Positions 10,849 through 21,336 of a stretch of 64,000 nt of DNA are shown here, piece after piece. This DNA is from Pigmentiphaga sp. GTDB taxonomy: Bacteria; Pseudomonadota; Gammaproteobacteria; Burkholderiales; Burkholderiaceae_B. The stretch covers positions 5,097 to 69,096 of the forward strand of contig JBEBXA010000002.1 of the NCBI GenBank assembly GCA_040391825.1. The letters are read 5' to 3'. Both the position numbers and the translations under genes were made by a program. Numbering within the stretch: position 1 is the stretch's first letter; every line of letters starts with the position of its first letter. The notes below the pieces were generated by a model. The model searched no databases. It saw only the letters and a list, made by a program, of their open reading frames with translations, and was not told the DNA's origin.

Positions 10849-11796
10849 ATGAAACCTAGCGTTCCAACCTATGCCTTATACGGTGAACACGAAAAAACCC
10901 TAAGTCTTGACAGCCTTCATTGTGAATCCATACCCCAGCGCAGCCGCTTGCACGACTGGGAAATAAAACTGCATCGCCATGATCTTTTCGTGCAAATTCT
11001 GTACATTCGAAAAGGCCAAGCGCAGATCCAGTTTGAAGGCCATCGAGCCGAGGTGCAGGGCCCTTGCGCCCTCTACGTCCCGGCCTTGCATGACCACGGC
11101 TTCCGGTTTTCGCAAGACGTGGATGGCGCAGTGCTGACCATCGTGGCACAGCAGTTGGACAAGCTGCTGGCCCAGGATCTTGATCTTCTCTCGTCGTTCA
11201 ATACTCCTCATCACATTCCCCTGGACGACCAAAATGCAGGCGCCACGCATTTCACCCGCGCGCTGGAACACCTCCTGGAGGAATACGATGACTCGCAAGC
11301 GTGGCGCCTCTCTGTGTTGGAATCCTTGCTGCGCACGGTCCTGATACTGCTCGGACGAAAAATTGCCACTTCAAGCCACCAAGCTACGGGGGAACGGCCC
11401 TCTCGCAGCGTGCTTCATTTGCGGCACTTCAAGACACTGCTCAACAGCGGCTTTCGCGGACAGCACCACATTGCCCACTACGCAGGCAAACTCGGCATTA
11501 CCCCGACTCAGCTCAACCGGATCTGCCGAGATGAACTCGGGCTGTCCGCGCTGGGAGTCATCAACGAACGGCTGTTGATCGAAGCCAGACGTGACCTTGC
11601 CTACTCTTCGCTCAGCATCAAAGAAATTGCTTTGACGCTGGGGTTTTCCGACCCCGCTTATTTTTCGCGGTTTTTCAGCAAGCACAGCGGCGCATCTCCT
11701 AGCGCTTTTCGCACCATGATTCACCATCAGTTGAACCATGGGCGCCATCCAGACACAGACGCCCGGCAAGCCGGTGCGCTTGCGCCCCGTGCGTAG
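10849..11796 (+). CDS. pobR: AraC-family regulator, PobR type
   Basis: Divergent from pobA. N-terminal YALYGE..LHCESI..RSRLHDWEI..HRH cupin and C-terminal double HTH (LGFSDPAYFSRFF). Confidence 0.85.
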   Translation: MKPSVPTYALYGEHEKTLSLDSLHCESIPQRSRLHDWEIKLHRHDLFVQILYIRKGQAQIQFEGHRAEVQGPCALYVPALHDHGFRFSQDVDGAVLTIVAQQLDKLLAQDLDLLSSFNTPHHIPLDDQNAGATHFTRALEHLLEEYDDSQAWRLSVLESLLRTVLILLGRKIATSSHQATGERPSRSVLHLRHFKTLLNSGFRGQHHIAHYAGKLGITPTQLNRICRDELGLSALGVINERLLIEARRDLAYSSLSIKEIALTLGFSDPAYFSRFFSKHSGASPSAFRTMIHHQLNHGRHPDTDARQAGALAPRA

Positions 11797-11990
11797 ATGA
11801 AAGCGCTTTGTCCCGCTCGCAAAATGTTGCCGACCCTCGCTTGACCACAAGTCCGGCTTAGCCTTAAATTCAGCATTCTGTAAGAATCACTTAAGACCGG
11901 CTGCTTACTTAGCGCGGTCGCCAAGCGCGCAGACCGTGTGGATCGCTTGGGTACGCTCCCTTTTGCCCCACTCCGAGGATTTTCCCCGCG

Positions 11991-13379
11991 ATGAGCACTG
12001 CGCCCTCTAAATCGAAACCGGCTCCCGCCGTACCCCGGCCCCTGCTTGGCACGATCGACGTCATTGCACTGGTTGTCGGCATTGTGATCGGCGCAGGTAT
12101 TTTCAGCGCACCGGCCCTGGTTGCCGCCAACGCCGCCACGCCTACCCATATGATGCTTGCCTGGCTGCTGGGGGGCTTGATTTCCCTCGCAGGCGCCATG
12201 TGCTACGCCGAACTCGCCACGACCTATCCCCACTCAGGCGGCGATTACCACTATTTGCGATTGGCCTTCGGACGCAAGCTTGCCTTCCTTTTTGCCTGGG
12301 CTCGGCTCACCGTGATCCCCACCGGGTCCATCGCCCTGCTCGGCTATGTATTTGGCGACTACGCTACGCAGATATGGAACTTGGGCCCGGCTTCCCCGGC
12401 CATCTACGCCGCCATCATGGTCATCAGTCTGACCTTGCTGAACATTGTGGGCCTACAAACCGGAAAATGGACCCAGAACTTGCTGACGCTGCTGGAGGTA
12501 GGCGGAGTCCTGCTGATTATCGGCGCCGGTCTGCTTCTGGCCCCAACAGCGCCGCAAGCTTTATCCCTACCCACCGCCACCGTCTCCAATTGGGGCCTGG
12601 TGCTGATCTTCGTCATGCTGACTTATGGCGGCTGGAACGAAGCGGCTTATGTCTCCGCCGAAGTTGTCGGCCCCCAGCGCAATTTGCCACGGGCCCTGCT
12701 ATGGAGCCTGGGCATCGTGACCCTGCTCTATGTACTGGTCAACCTTGCCTATTTGAAAGTGCTGGGCTTGAACGGCATGGGCGCTTCTCCCGCCATTGCC
12801 TCCGACATGATGCGAATCGCGCTGGGCAACACTGGCGCAACGCTGATTGCCCTGCTGATCGCGATTTCGGCAATCACCTCGGCCAACGCCACCATTCTTA
12901 CCGGCGCGCGCACTACCTATGCTTTCGGGCGCGACACCCCAATGTTTTCCTTGCTCGCCCGATGGCACTCCGGCAGTAATACGCCGGTACATGCGCTATG
13001 GGTCCAGGCCGCGATATCGCTGTGCTTGATCTTGATGGGCGCGCTTACCCGCAGCGGTTTCGCCACCATGGTCGAATACACCGCTCCAGTTTTCTGGCTA
13101 TTCTTCACTTTGAGCGGCATTGCCCTGTTCATATTGCGCCGTCGCTCCCCTGATCTGCCTCGCCCCTTCCAGGTTCCCCTCTACCCCTGGACCCCCTTGA
13201 TTTTCGTCGCCACCAGCGGCTACCTGCTCTATGCCAGCCTGCGGCATACCGGTGTAGGCGCACTGGTCGGTCTCGCCGTGCTGGCTATCGGTGCCGTTCT
13301 GCTCTCATTTCCTCAATCAACATCGACACCATCTGCCTCCGACCTTCCCACAAAGGAGTTCAATCATGAATCGCCGTGA
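11991..13379 (+). CDS. APC-family amino acid permease
   Basis: GIVIGAGIF, YAELATTYPHSGGDYHYL, YGGWNE and RPFQVPLYP motifs; about 12 hydrophobic segments. Confidence 0.92.
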   Translation: MSTAPSKSKPAPAVPRPLLGTIDVIALVVGIVIGAGIFSAPALVAANAATPTHMMLAWLLGGLISLAGAMCYAELATTYPHSGGDYHYLRLAFGRKLAFLFAWARLTVIPTGSIALLGYVFGDYATQIWNLGPASPAIYAAIMVISLTLLNIVGLQTGKWTQNLLTLLEVGGVLLIIGAGLLLAPTAPQALSLPTATVSNWGLVLIFVMLTYGGWNEAAYVSAEVVGPQRNLPRALLWSLGIVTLLYVLVNLAYLKVLGLNGMGASPAIASDMMRIALGNTGATLIALLIAISAITSANATILTGARTTYAFGRDTPMFSLLARWHSGSNTPVHALWVQAAISLCLILMGALTRSGFATMVEYTAPVFWLFFTLSGIALFILRRRSPDLPRPFQVPLYPWTPLIFVATSGYLLYASLRHTGVGALVGLAVLAIGAVLLSFPQSTSTPSASDLPTKEFNHESP

Positions 13380-13929
13380 TTTCTGTCTTGGGTTTATGGT
13401 AGCCGCCACGTCAACGACGGGGCTGTCCGCAATCGCGCAACCGATAAGCAGCACCCAGCCCCTGGCGCGCACACCGGACGTCATTTTCGTTCCTACGCCC
13501 GAAGCGGTGGTGGACGCCATGCTGAGCGTAGCCAAGGTGGGGCCGAACGATATTCTGTACGACCTGGGTTCTGGCGACGGCCGCATCCCCATCGCCGCGG
13601 CCAAGCGTTTCGGAACACGGGGAGTCGGTGTGGATCTGGACCCGGAACGCATAGAAGAAGCGAACGCCAATGCCAAGCGTGCGGAGGTCACTGACAAGGT
13701 CCGGTTTATCCAGGGCGATCTGTTTGAGCAGGACTTGTCCAAAGCGACAGTCATCTCCCTCTACCTGCTACCCACCTTGAACCTGAAGCTGCGACCGACC
13801 CTGCTGGCGCTCAAGCCCGGCACACGTATCGTTTCGCACGCCTTCGACATGGGCGACTGGGCACCCCAGCAAACTCTCAACGTAGACGGCAAGACGGTTT
13901 ATTTCTGGACCGTACCCGAGAAAAAATAA
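13366..13929 (+). CDS. Class I SAM-dependent methyltransferase with a Tat-like N-terminus
   Basis: ATG 13366 after AAGGAG. MNRRDFCLG twin-arginine-like motif; DVIFVPTP, YDLGSGDGRI and GDLF motifs. Confidence 0.85.
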   Translation: MNRRDFCLGFMVAATSTTGLSAIAQPISSTQPLARTPDVIFVPTPEAVVDAMLSVAKVGPNDILYDLGSGDGRIPIAAAKRFGTRGVGVDLDPERIEEANANAKRAEVTDKVRFIQGDLFEQDLSKATVISLYLLPTLNLKLRPTLLALKPGTRIVSHAFDMGDWAPQQTLNVDGKTVYFWTVPEKK

Positions 13930-14183
13930 CCCACCCCCAAGTTTCCAGGCCGCCGGTTGCAGTGCCGTCGGCGGCTTGGGCTTGCTGCATCCACCAAGCA
14001 GACCTGTGGCGAGCCGGCCGTATCTCCCCCTCCGACGCTAAAAACGTGGCCTTTCAGGACCGCGGGAAGCCTGCTGCCTAGCTAGCTCCGGAACCTACCT
14101 AAGCGCAATACCCACTCGTGAAACTGACTCACGACATCTTGTACTTCTTTTGCGCTTGATCTATATTCAAAACAATTTTTCGT

Positions 14184-14206
14184 ATACGCATCATTGCAAT
14201 GCGTAT
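14184..14206. promoter_or_regulatory. Inverted repeat upstream of the monooxygenase (candidate IclR operator)
   Basis: ATACGCAT-N7-ATGCGTAT in an AT-rich stretch about 30 bp before ATG 14238. Confidence 0.55.
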
Positions 14207-14237
14207 CCATGCTCACACATTGGATGGGAGTCCAGGT

Positions 14238-15371
14238 ATGGCGTCTCCGACCGTGGCGATTATCGGTGCCGGAATTGGAGGCATGGCGACGGCCATTGCT
14301 TTAGAAAAGGCCGGAATAGAGGTTCGGGTCTATGAGCAGGCTGCGCAGTTCGGGCGCGTAGGCGCCGGAATCAATTTGACGCCCAACGCGGTCAAGGCAT
14401 TGGATGGCTTAGGCGTGGGGCAACGCGTCCGCGAAACGGCATTCCAGCCCACTTACCGGATCAGTCGGCTCTGGGACTCTGGCCAGGAAACCTCCCGTCT
14501 TGAACTTGGTTCTCTGGGCGAAATCCGCTATGGCGCCCCGCAGTTGACGATACATCGGGCAGATTTGCTGACAGCGCTTGAAGATGCCTTGCCCGCGGAC
14601 TCTGTACGTTTCGGCAAGAAAGCTGTCGACGTCAGGCAAGCCGGTGATCAGCTGCAGATCGAATTCAAGGACGGCGAACTTGCCGAGGCTGACGCGGTGA
14701 TAGGCGCAGACGGCATCCACTCGGTCGTACGGCAGAAAATCGCCGGGCACGAAGCGCCTGAGTTCACGGAGAAGGTCGCTTTCCGTTCGATTGTTCCCGC
14801 GGCGGCACTGCCGCAGTACGACCTGACGCCTAGCACCAAGTGGTGGGGGCCCGACTCTTCCAGCCAGATCTTTACTTTCCTGATCAACCGCGGCAAAGAG
14901 CTTTTTGTTTTCGCGACTGCCGCGGAACCGTCCTGGACCAATGAGTCCTGGTCGGTCCAGGGCAGCAAAGACGAGCTCTTGCAAGTATGCGATGGCTACC
15001 ACGACGAAGCCATCGCCATTCTTGATCAGTGCGGCACCGTGCTCAAAACCGCGCTTTACGCGCGCGACCCACTTGAACGATGGACCGATGGCCGCATGAC
15101 CATGCTGGGGGACTCCTGCCACTCGATGCTGCCTTTCATGGCGCAAGGTGCGGCAATGGGGTTGGAAGACGCCGTCGTCTTGAGCCGCTGCCTTCATGGC
15201 GTTGATGCCGGCGGAATTCCAAGTGCGTTCGAGCGCTACCAAGCCGCGCGCATCAAGCGAGCCAGCCGGATCCAATTGGCCTCCCGCCAGAACGACTGGC
15301 TGCGCTCGGACACCAATGCAGACTGGGTGTACGGATACGACGCATGGACCGTGGCCCTGCCTGCACAGTAG
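14238..15371 (+). CDS. Group A flavin monooxygenase (salicylate hydroxylase / 6-hydroxynicotinate 3-monooxygenase-like)
   Basis: GAGIGG, GAGINLTPN, GADGIHS, LGDSCHSMLPFMAQGAAMGLED. Start moved to ATG 14238. Confidence 0.88.
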   Translation: MASPTVAIIGAGIGGMATAIALEKAGIEVRVYEQAAQFGRVGAGINLTPNAVKALDGLGVGQRVRETAFQPTYRISRLWDSGQETSRLELGSLGEIRYGAPQLTIHRADLLTALEDALPADSVRFGKKAVDVRQAGDQLQIEFKDGELAEADAVIGADGIHSVVRQKIAGHEAPEFTEKVAFRSIVPAAALPQYDLTPSTKWWGPDSSSQIFTFLINRGKELFVFATAAEPSWTNESWSVQGSKDELLQVCDGYHDEAIAILDQCGTVLKTALYARDPLERWTDGRMTMLGDSCHSMLPFMAQGAAMGLEDAVVLSRCLHGVDAGGIPSAFERYQAARIKRASRIQLASRQNDWLRSDTNADWVYGYDAWTVALPAQ

Positions 15372-15419
15372 CAAACCTGATCGTGCTTTAGCCAGTTTGA
15401 ATCCAACCGGAGCAATAAA

Positions 15420-16385
15420 ATGCAAAGACGCACTTTTCTCGGGCAAGCCATTGCGGTGGGTGCGGCAACGGCGTCGCCATCCGTTCTAGCCCAAGCACCT
15501 TTTCCCTCAAGGCCCATCAGGATGCTGGTCGGCTTTGCCCCAGGCGGTGCAACCGACGTCGCGTTTCGGGTGCTGGCGCAGAACGCGTCCGAACTGCTGG
15601 GGCAAACAGTAATCGTGGAAAACAAACCGGGCGCGGGCATGGTCATACCGGCCCAGATGATGCAAACCGTCCCCGCGGACGGCTACACCATCGCGCAGAT
15701 TGCGGTCTCGGTGTTCCGCATGCCTTATCTGGTCAAAACCAGTTGGGACCCTCTGAAAGACCTTCGCTACATCATCGGGCTGGCGTCCTATCCATTCGGC
15801 TTGGTAGTAGCCGCCTCATCGCCGATTCGTACCCTGGCCGATTATCTGGCCTATGCCAAGGCTAACCCAGGCCAGATGACCTACGGCACACCCGGAACAC
15901 TTTCGTCGCCCCACTTGACGATGGAGGACCTGGCCTATCAAGCGGGCGTCAAATTCAACCACGTGCCCTATAAAGGCGGCGCCGAAGCCTTGCAAGCACT
16001 GCTGGGCGGACACATCACTTCTTTGGCTGACGGCCCAAGCTGGGCGACCTATGTAGAAAGCGGCAAACTACGCTTGCTGACCACGGGCAATGTCGCGAGA
16101 AGCCCGCGTTTTCCAGACGTTCCCACCTTGCAGGAGCTGGGTTACAACATTGTGCAGAATGCGCCCTTCGGTCTCGCCGCCCCCCGCGACACGCCTTCCG
16201 CCAATGTGAAGAAACTGCACGACATCTTCAAGCAGTCGATGGAAATGGCAAACTATCGAGCTGCGCTGAAACAGTACGATCTTGATGCCGCTTACTTGAG
16301 CAGCGAAGATTTCTCGCGCTTTGCGGCCGACATCACCAAAAAGGAAAAAATCCTTATAGATAGACTGGGCCTGCAAAGGCTATAG
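15420..16385 (+). CDS. Bug/TctC tripartite tricarboxylate transporter substrate-binding protein
   Basis: MQRRTFL Tat-like leader, FAPGGATD, VENKPGAG, HVPYKGG, PDVPTL. Confidence 0.93.
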   Translation: MQRRTFLGQAIAVGAATASPSVLAQAPFPSRPIRMLVGFAPGGATDVAFRVLAQNASELLGQTVIVENKPGAGMVIPAQMMQTVPADGYTIAQIAVSVFRMPYLVKTSWDPLKDLRYIIGLASYPFGLVVAASSPIRTLADYLAYAKANPGQMTYGTPGTLSSPHLTMEDLAYQAGVKFNHVPYKGGAEALQALLGGHITSLADGPSWATYVESGKLRLLTTGNVARSPRFPDVPTLQELGYNIVQNAPFGLAAPRDTPSANVKKLHDIFKQSMEMANYRAALKQYDLDAAYLSSEDFSRFAADITKKEKILIDRLGLQRL

Positions 16386-16443
16386 AATTTGCGGGGCCAG
16401 CGACAATCGCCGGCGCCGGCCCATTCCTTGAAGATGTATTTGC

Positions 16444-17277
16444 ATGCCCAGCAACCAGAAGCCCTTGCATGACACGCCCGATGCCTCCGAACCGGATTCA
16501 AAAGTAAAAGATCCGTATTGGGTCGACGCCCTGGCCCAGGGGCTCTCTGTGCTCAAGGCTTTCGATGGCGACCAAGCCACCCTGACCCTGACCGAACTCG
16601 CGCAAAGCCTTGGGTGGAGCCGCAGTAAGCCCTATCGCTTCGTGCATACGCTGGAGCGGCTCGGCTATCTTGAACGCGAAGAACCCGGGCGCCGTTATCG
16701 GCTGACCGCGCTTTCCATGCAACTGGGATTCGCGTATTTGAATCGCCTGCCTCTGGTGGAGCTTGCGCAGCCCGTTCTCAATCGCCTGCGCAATGAGGTT
16801 AACGCCTCCGTACACATGGCGATTCTCGACAAACAGGAATTGGTTTATGTTGCCCTCGCGCGGATTCCGCTGCCGACGGCGATCAATATTCATGTCGGCT
16901 CGCGCATGCCGGCCTATGCGACTTCGATAGGGCGCATCTTGCTGGCCCACCAATCCGAGGAAGAGCTGGATGAGATTATCGGGCCAGCTCCCATTCCCGC
17001 CTTGACCGAAAAATCCACGGTAGACCCGCAGCGTTTCCGGGACCTGCTTCAACAAGCGCGCGCAAGCGGATTTGTCTTCAACGACGAGGAATTCCACCTG
17101 GGGGTGCGCTCGATTGCCGCCCCGATCTTCGACTCTACCGGCAAAGCCGTGGCAGGCTTGAACGCCACCGCCATGACTCACGCTTTCACCGATGCCATCA
17201 TTCAAGACAAGATCATTCCCGCCGTACGCAGCGCCGCGGCGGAGTTGTCATCAGGGCTCGGTTTCCGGGCTGGCTAA
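16444..17277 (+). CDS. IclR-family regulator (PcaR-like)
   Basis: [14 protein letters not shown] start; [17 protein letters not shown] and [14 protein letters not shown] effector domain. Confidence 0.92.
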   Translation: MPSNQKPLHDTPDASEPDSKVKDPYWVDALAQGLSVLKAFDGDQATLTLTELAQSLGWSRSKPYRFVHTLERLGYLEREEPGRRYRLTALSMQLGFAYLNRLPLVELAQPVLNRLRNEVNASVHMAILDKQELVYVALARIPLPTAINIHVGSRMPAYATSIGRILLAHQSEEELDEIIGPAPIPALTEKSTVDPQRFRDLLQQARASGFVFNDEEFHLGVRSIAAPIFDSTGKAVAGLNATAMTHAFTDAIIQDKIIPAVRSAAAELSSGLGFRAG

Positions 17278-19091
17278 AACTTAGCTACCCGCTCGAGGAT
17301 TTCGCTGCCGTAAGCTTCGAGCTTACGCGCTCCAACCCCGCTGATCGCCCCCAGCTCGGTAGAGCTTTCCGGCCGGGCCAGGGCGATTTCACGCAATGTT
17401 GCGTCGTGAAAAATCACGTAGGCAGGTACACCATGGCTGCGCGCGACTTCACCGCGCCATGCCCGCAAAGCGGTAAACAAGGTTTCGGCCTCGGGAGGTA
17501 GCGTGACCGTGGAACGCGCACGCGGCGAACTCTCGCGCGTGCGCGACTTCTTGGCGGGCTCGCGCCGCAGCATCAAGGTGCGTTCGCCCTTCAGCACACT
17601 GCGGCTGCCTTCCGTCAGGGCCAAAGTGCCGTAGGCTTCATGATCGACCGCCAGCAGGCTTTGCGCAATCAACTGCCGCAGCACATTGCGCCAATCCTTG
17701 TCGCTGAGATCTGCGCCCACCCCGAACACGCTTAACTCATCATGCCGGTACTGTGTAATACGTTCGGTTTTCTTTCCGCGCAGAATGTCCACCACATGCG
17801 CCGAGCCAAACCGCTGACCGCGCTCTTTCCACAAACGGTATACCGCGGAAAGTATTTTTTGCGCCGCCTCGGTGCCATCCCAGGCCTGTGGCGGCTCAAG
17901 ACAAGTGTCGCAATTGCCGCAGGCTTCAGAAGCCTCGCCAAAATAAGCCAGCAACCTCGTGCGCCGACACTCCACGGTTTCGCACAAGCCCAACATGGCT
18001 TCCAGCATAGAGGCCGAACGCCGTTTAAAGGCTTCGTCGCCAGTGGATTCATCGATCATGCGACGCTGCTGCACCACGTCTTGCAGGCCATAAGCCATCC
18101 AGGCCGTAGCTGGCATACCGTCGCGGCCTGCGCGGCCGGTTTCCTGGTAATACCCTTCAACCGATTTGGGTAGATCCAGGTGGGCGACAAAGCGCACGTC
18201 GGGCTTATCTATGCCCATGCCAAAAGCAATCGTGGCAACCATGACCACGCCGTCTTCCCGCAAAAACCGGGCCTGGTTGGCCGCGCGCCGCGCTGCATCC
18301 AGGCCAGCATGGTAGGGCATCGCGTCCAGGCCATGGCTGCACAAAAATTCAGCGGTTTCTTCCACCTTCGCCCGGGACAAACAATAGACGATGCCGGCAT
18401 CGCCCGCATGCTCCTGGGTGAGGAAATCCAGCAACTGGCGGCGCGGATCATTTTTTTCAACGATGCGATAGCGAATATTGGGCCGATCGAAACTCGATAT
18501 GAATTTGCGCGCCTCGTCCAGGCTCAACCGGTTCGCTATCTCAAGACTGGTGGCAGCCGTTGCGGTAGCCGTCAGTGCGATACGCGGCACATTCGGCCAA
18601 CGTTCATGCAAAGCAGACAAGCCCAGATACTCAGGGCGGAAATCATGTCCCCATTGCGACACGCAGTGGGCTTCGTCAATAGCGAACAAGGCGATACGGC
18701 CCCGTTCAAGCAAGGCCAAACAACGATCAGTCAGCAAGCGCTCGGGTGCGACATAGAGCAGGTCGAGCTCTCCAGCCAAAAAGGCTTGCTCGACCTCACG
18801 CACACGCGCGTAATCCTGGGTGGAATTGAGGAAGGCCGCACGCACCCCTAGTTCGGTCAATGCGTCGACTTGATCCTGCATCAGAGCAATCAGGGGCGAC
18901 ACGACGACCCCGGTTCCTTCGCGCACCAAAGCCGGCACCTGATAACAGAGCGACTTGCCTGCCCCGGTCGGCATCAGCACCAGGGCGTCGCCCCCCTCAA
19001 CCACATGCTGCACGATGTCCTGCTGCGGCCCGCGAAACTGGTCGTATCCAAAAACCCGCTGCAGGACTTCTTGCGCGCGCTGGTCAACCAT
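17274..19091 (-). CDS. recQ: ATP-dependent DNA helicase RecQ
   Basis: [37 protein letters not shown], Zn-binding Cys cluster and HRDC domain. Start moved to ATG 19091. Confidence 0.97.
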   Translation of the reverse strand: MVDQRAQEVLQRVFGYDQFRGPQQDIVQHVVEGGDALVLMPTGAGKSLCYQVPALVREGTGVVVSPLIALMQDQVDALTELGVRAAFLNSTQDYARVREVEQAFLAGELDLLYVAPERLLTDRCLALLERGRIALFAIDEAHCVSQWGHDFRPEYLGLSALHERWPNVPRIALTATATAATSLEIANRLSLDEARKFISSFDRPNIRYRIVEKNDPRRQLLDFLTQEHAGDAGIVYCLSRAKVEETAEFLCSHGLDAMPYHAGLDAARRAANQARFLREDGVVMVATIAFGMGIDKPDVRFVAHLDLPKSVEGYYQETGRAGRDGMPATAWMAYGLQDVVQQRRMIDESTGDEAFKRRSASMLEAMLGLCETVECRRTRLLAYFGEASEACGNCDTCLEPPQAWDGTEAAQKILSAVYRLWKERGQRFGSAHVVDILRGKKTERITQYRHDELSVFGVGADLSDKDWRNVLRQLIAQSLLAVDHEAYGTLALTEGSRSVLKGERTLMLRREPAKKSRTRESSPRARSTVTLPPEAETLFTALRAWRGEVARSHGVPAYVIFHDATLREIALARPESSTELGAISGVGARKLEAYGSEILERVAKF

Positions 19092-20268
19092 TGGCACCAG
19101 CCCTATCCGCGACGAGTTCTTGCAAGCCATGCTTGAGGTCGGCGATCAGGTCATCCGGATCTTCCAGTCCAATATGCAGCCGCACGGCGGGGCCTTCCGG
19201 CTGCCAGCGCGTTGCGGTGCGGTAAGCGGCAGCGTGCACGACGGTAATCAGGCTTTCGAAACCACCCCAGCTTGATCCAATGCCGAAAAGCTTCAATGCA
19301 TTGGCGAAACGCGCAACGGCGGCGTCATCGATAGCCTTGAACACCACCGAAAACAGGCCGGACGCCCCTCGGTAATCGCGTTTCCACAACGCATGCCCTG
19401 GATCGCTTTCGAGGGCGGGAAAAAGTACGCGTGAAACCTCTGGCTGAGCTTCCAGCCAGCGCGCCACCTTCAGCGCGTTCTGCATCTGCTGCTTCAGGCG
19501 CACGCCTATCGTTCGCAAACCCCGCAGAGCCTGATAGCAATCATCCGGACTCACGCTGTAGCCATAGTCGTACACCGTCTGGCGTACCGGCTTCCAATAA
19601 CGTTCGTTAGTGGTGACCACGCCGATCATCAAATCGGAATGCCCCCCTATGTATTTGGTGCCGGCATGAATAGAGATATCAATACCCAGCTCAAATGGGG
19701 AAGCAAAATAAGGCGTGACCCAGGTATTGTCGGCCAGTACCGGAATATCGCGCGCATGCGCCGCCGCGGCAATAGCCGGGATGTCCTGCATCTCGAAAGT
19801 AAGCGAGCCAGGCGATTCGCAAAAGACCGCTCCGGTGTTCTCGCGCAACAACTTGGCGATGCCGCCGCCGATAAGGGGGTCGTAGTACTCCACCTCGATG
19901 CCCAGCGGGACCAGGCGGCGGTCGCAAAAGCCACGCGCCGGCGAATAAGCCGAATCGGGCATCAGCAAATGCTGGCCGGGCTTGAGGACAGCCAGCAGGG
20001 CCACCACGATGGCCGACAAGCCATTGGGCAAGGCAACCGCCTGGTGTGCGCCTTCCAGTTTGGCGACGGCGTCTTCGAACGCAAAAGTAGTGGGCGTACC
20101 ATGCCGGCCGTAACTGACCGGCTTCTGGGAGATATCGCGGTGGGTCTCGTATTCCTCGATCGTGGGGAAAATGACGGTGGAAGTACGAAACACGGGCGTA
20201 TTGACCATGCCGGAATGGTCTTCGGGCGAACGTCCTGCGTGCGCCAGCACGGTATCGGGTTTCTGCAT
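19084..20268 (-). CDS. metC: Cystathionine beta-lyase
   Basis: [43 protein letters not shown] (PLP lysine), SWGGFESL. Confidence 0.93.
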   Translation of the reverse strand: MQKPDTVLAHAGRSPEDHSGMVNTPVFRTSTVIFPTIEEYETHRDISQKPVSYGRHGTPTTFAFEDAVAKLEGAHQAVALPNGLSAIVVALLAVLKPGQHLLMPDSAYSPARGFCDRRLVPLGIEVEYYDPLIGGGIAKLLRENTGAVFCESPGSLTFEMQDIPAIAAAAHARDIPVLADNTWVTPYFASPFELGIDISIHAGTKYIGGHSDLMIGVVTTNERYWKPVRQTVYDYGYSVSPDDCYQALRGLRTIGVRLKQQMQNALKVARWLEAQPEVSRVLFPALESDPGHALWKRDYRGASGLFSVVFKAIDDAAVARFANALKLFGIGSSWGGFESLITVVHAAAYRTATRWQPEGPAVRLHIGLEDPDDLIADLKHGLQELVADRAGANG

Positions 20269-20420
20269 GGGGAATCTCTGCGAAGCGCGGCGGGAGCCGT
20301 ATTGCCACAGAGTTTAACGGACGCGCCCGCAGAATTCGGCAAGACACTACCCGCGGCGATGGATAGAAGGCACGCAGATCGGCCTGGATCTGGCCACGCC
20401 TCTCTTTCTCCGGTAAAGAA

Positions 20421-20467
20421 AAAGCCCCCAAAGCTTGGATTAATGTCCAATTTTTGGGGGCGGTTCA
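20421..20467. terminator. Hairpin with an A-tract (minus-strand terminator of the Spy-like gene); the right arm resembles an IS3-family terminal inverted repeat
   Basis: GCCCCCAAAGCTTGGA-ttaatg-TCCAATTTTTGGGGGC preceded by AAAGAAAAA. The reverse complement of 20444-20467 is TGAACCGCCCCCAAAAATTGGACA. Confidence 0.6.
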
Positions 20468-20547
20468 AAGAAAAGAGCCAGGTACTGATGAAACAAGTGC
20501 CAGGGCTAAGAGATCACGGGCAGTTGCAGCACGCGAGCCCTGGTTGC

Positions 20548-21183
20548 TCAGCCACGCGCCGGGTGTTCGCCGCGTTGTTTGCCTCGATGCTCGGCGCGGT
20601 CCATACGCGCTTTCAGGGCTTGAGTGACGGTGTCCTTCTGCTTGGCGTCAAGCGAGTCGTAGACGACCAGCCAAGCATCGCGCGCCGCATCCAGCCTGGA
20701 CTTCAGCGCATCGCGCTGTGCATCTTGACGAGTCGACAGAGCACGCAGGTCCAGGGGTCCGGCATCAAGCTGAGCCTTCAGTGCTTTGCGATCTTCCACG
20801 CGTTGGGCGCGCATGGCCTTGCCCAGCTCAGTACGCTGCGACTCGGCCGCATTCCAGAGAGTTTGCTGGGAATCGGTCAAGCTCAGCTTGGACTTCATGT
20901 GCGCCAGTGCAAGCATTGGCGACTGCGCCATCGGCCCGAAAGCGCCATGATGACTGATCCGTTTCGCTTGGTGATGGCCTTTGTGGTAATGGCCCCTGTG
21001 ATGCTTAACGCCATCAGTGCCGCGCTGGCCCATTTTTTTTGCACCGGCCTGATCGGGCTGGGTCGTCGGGGCCGAACTGGGGGTAGCCGATGCGTCTTGT
21101 GCATAAGCAGCCTGCAGGGCGCCGCCGGCGCCGGTAGCCAGGGCCAAAGAGAGGGCAATCGTGCGAAGGGTATTCTTGGTCAT
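20548..21183 (-). CDS. Periplasmic Spy/CpxP-like (LTxxQ) protein with a His-rich segment
   Basis: ATG 21183 after AAGGAG. Signal peptide ending AYA; LSLTDSQQ and LDAKQK motifs; KHHRGHYHKGHHQ segment. Confidence 0.75.
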   Translation of the reverse strand: MTKNTLRTIALSLALATGAGGALQAAYAQDASATPSSAPTTQPDQAGAKKMGQRGTDGVKHHRGHYHKGHHQAKRISHHGAFGPMAQSPMLALAHMKSKLSLTDSQQTLWNAAESQRTELGKAMRAQRVEDRKALKAQLDAGPLDLRALSTRQDAQRDALKSRLDAARDAWLVVYDSLDAKQKDTVTQALKARMDRAEHRGKQRGEHPARG

Positions 21184-21280
21184 TGCTGTACTCCTTATCA
21201 ACGCCGCTCACTAGGTGCGGCGGTGACTGCATTCTGATGGCGAACTCGTTTCGGATCGGTTGCGAAACCGGCCTTAGCTG

Positions 21281-21296
21281 TTTCAAGCGATTTCAA
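21281..21296. promoter_or_regulatory. Direct repeat, candidate OmpR-family binding site
   Basis: TTTCAA at 21281 and 21291 (10-bp period) in the divergent region between the Spy-like gene and the response regulator. Confidence 0.4.
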
Positions 21297-21336
21297 CCCG
21301 CTTGCGGCAAGCCGTCTATACCGCGAACATTCAAGC

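Noticed and set aside
14238-15371. Naming this gene nicC or nahG, and the FAH gene at 27903 nagK
   Set aside because: Family-level motifs only; the rest of the nicotinate or naphthalene pathway context is missing, so no symbols were given.
19639-21237. 532-aa plus-strand ORF
   Set aside because: It spans metC, a terminator and the Spy-like gene on the opposite strand; shadow ORF.
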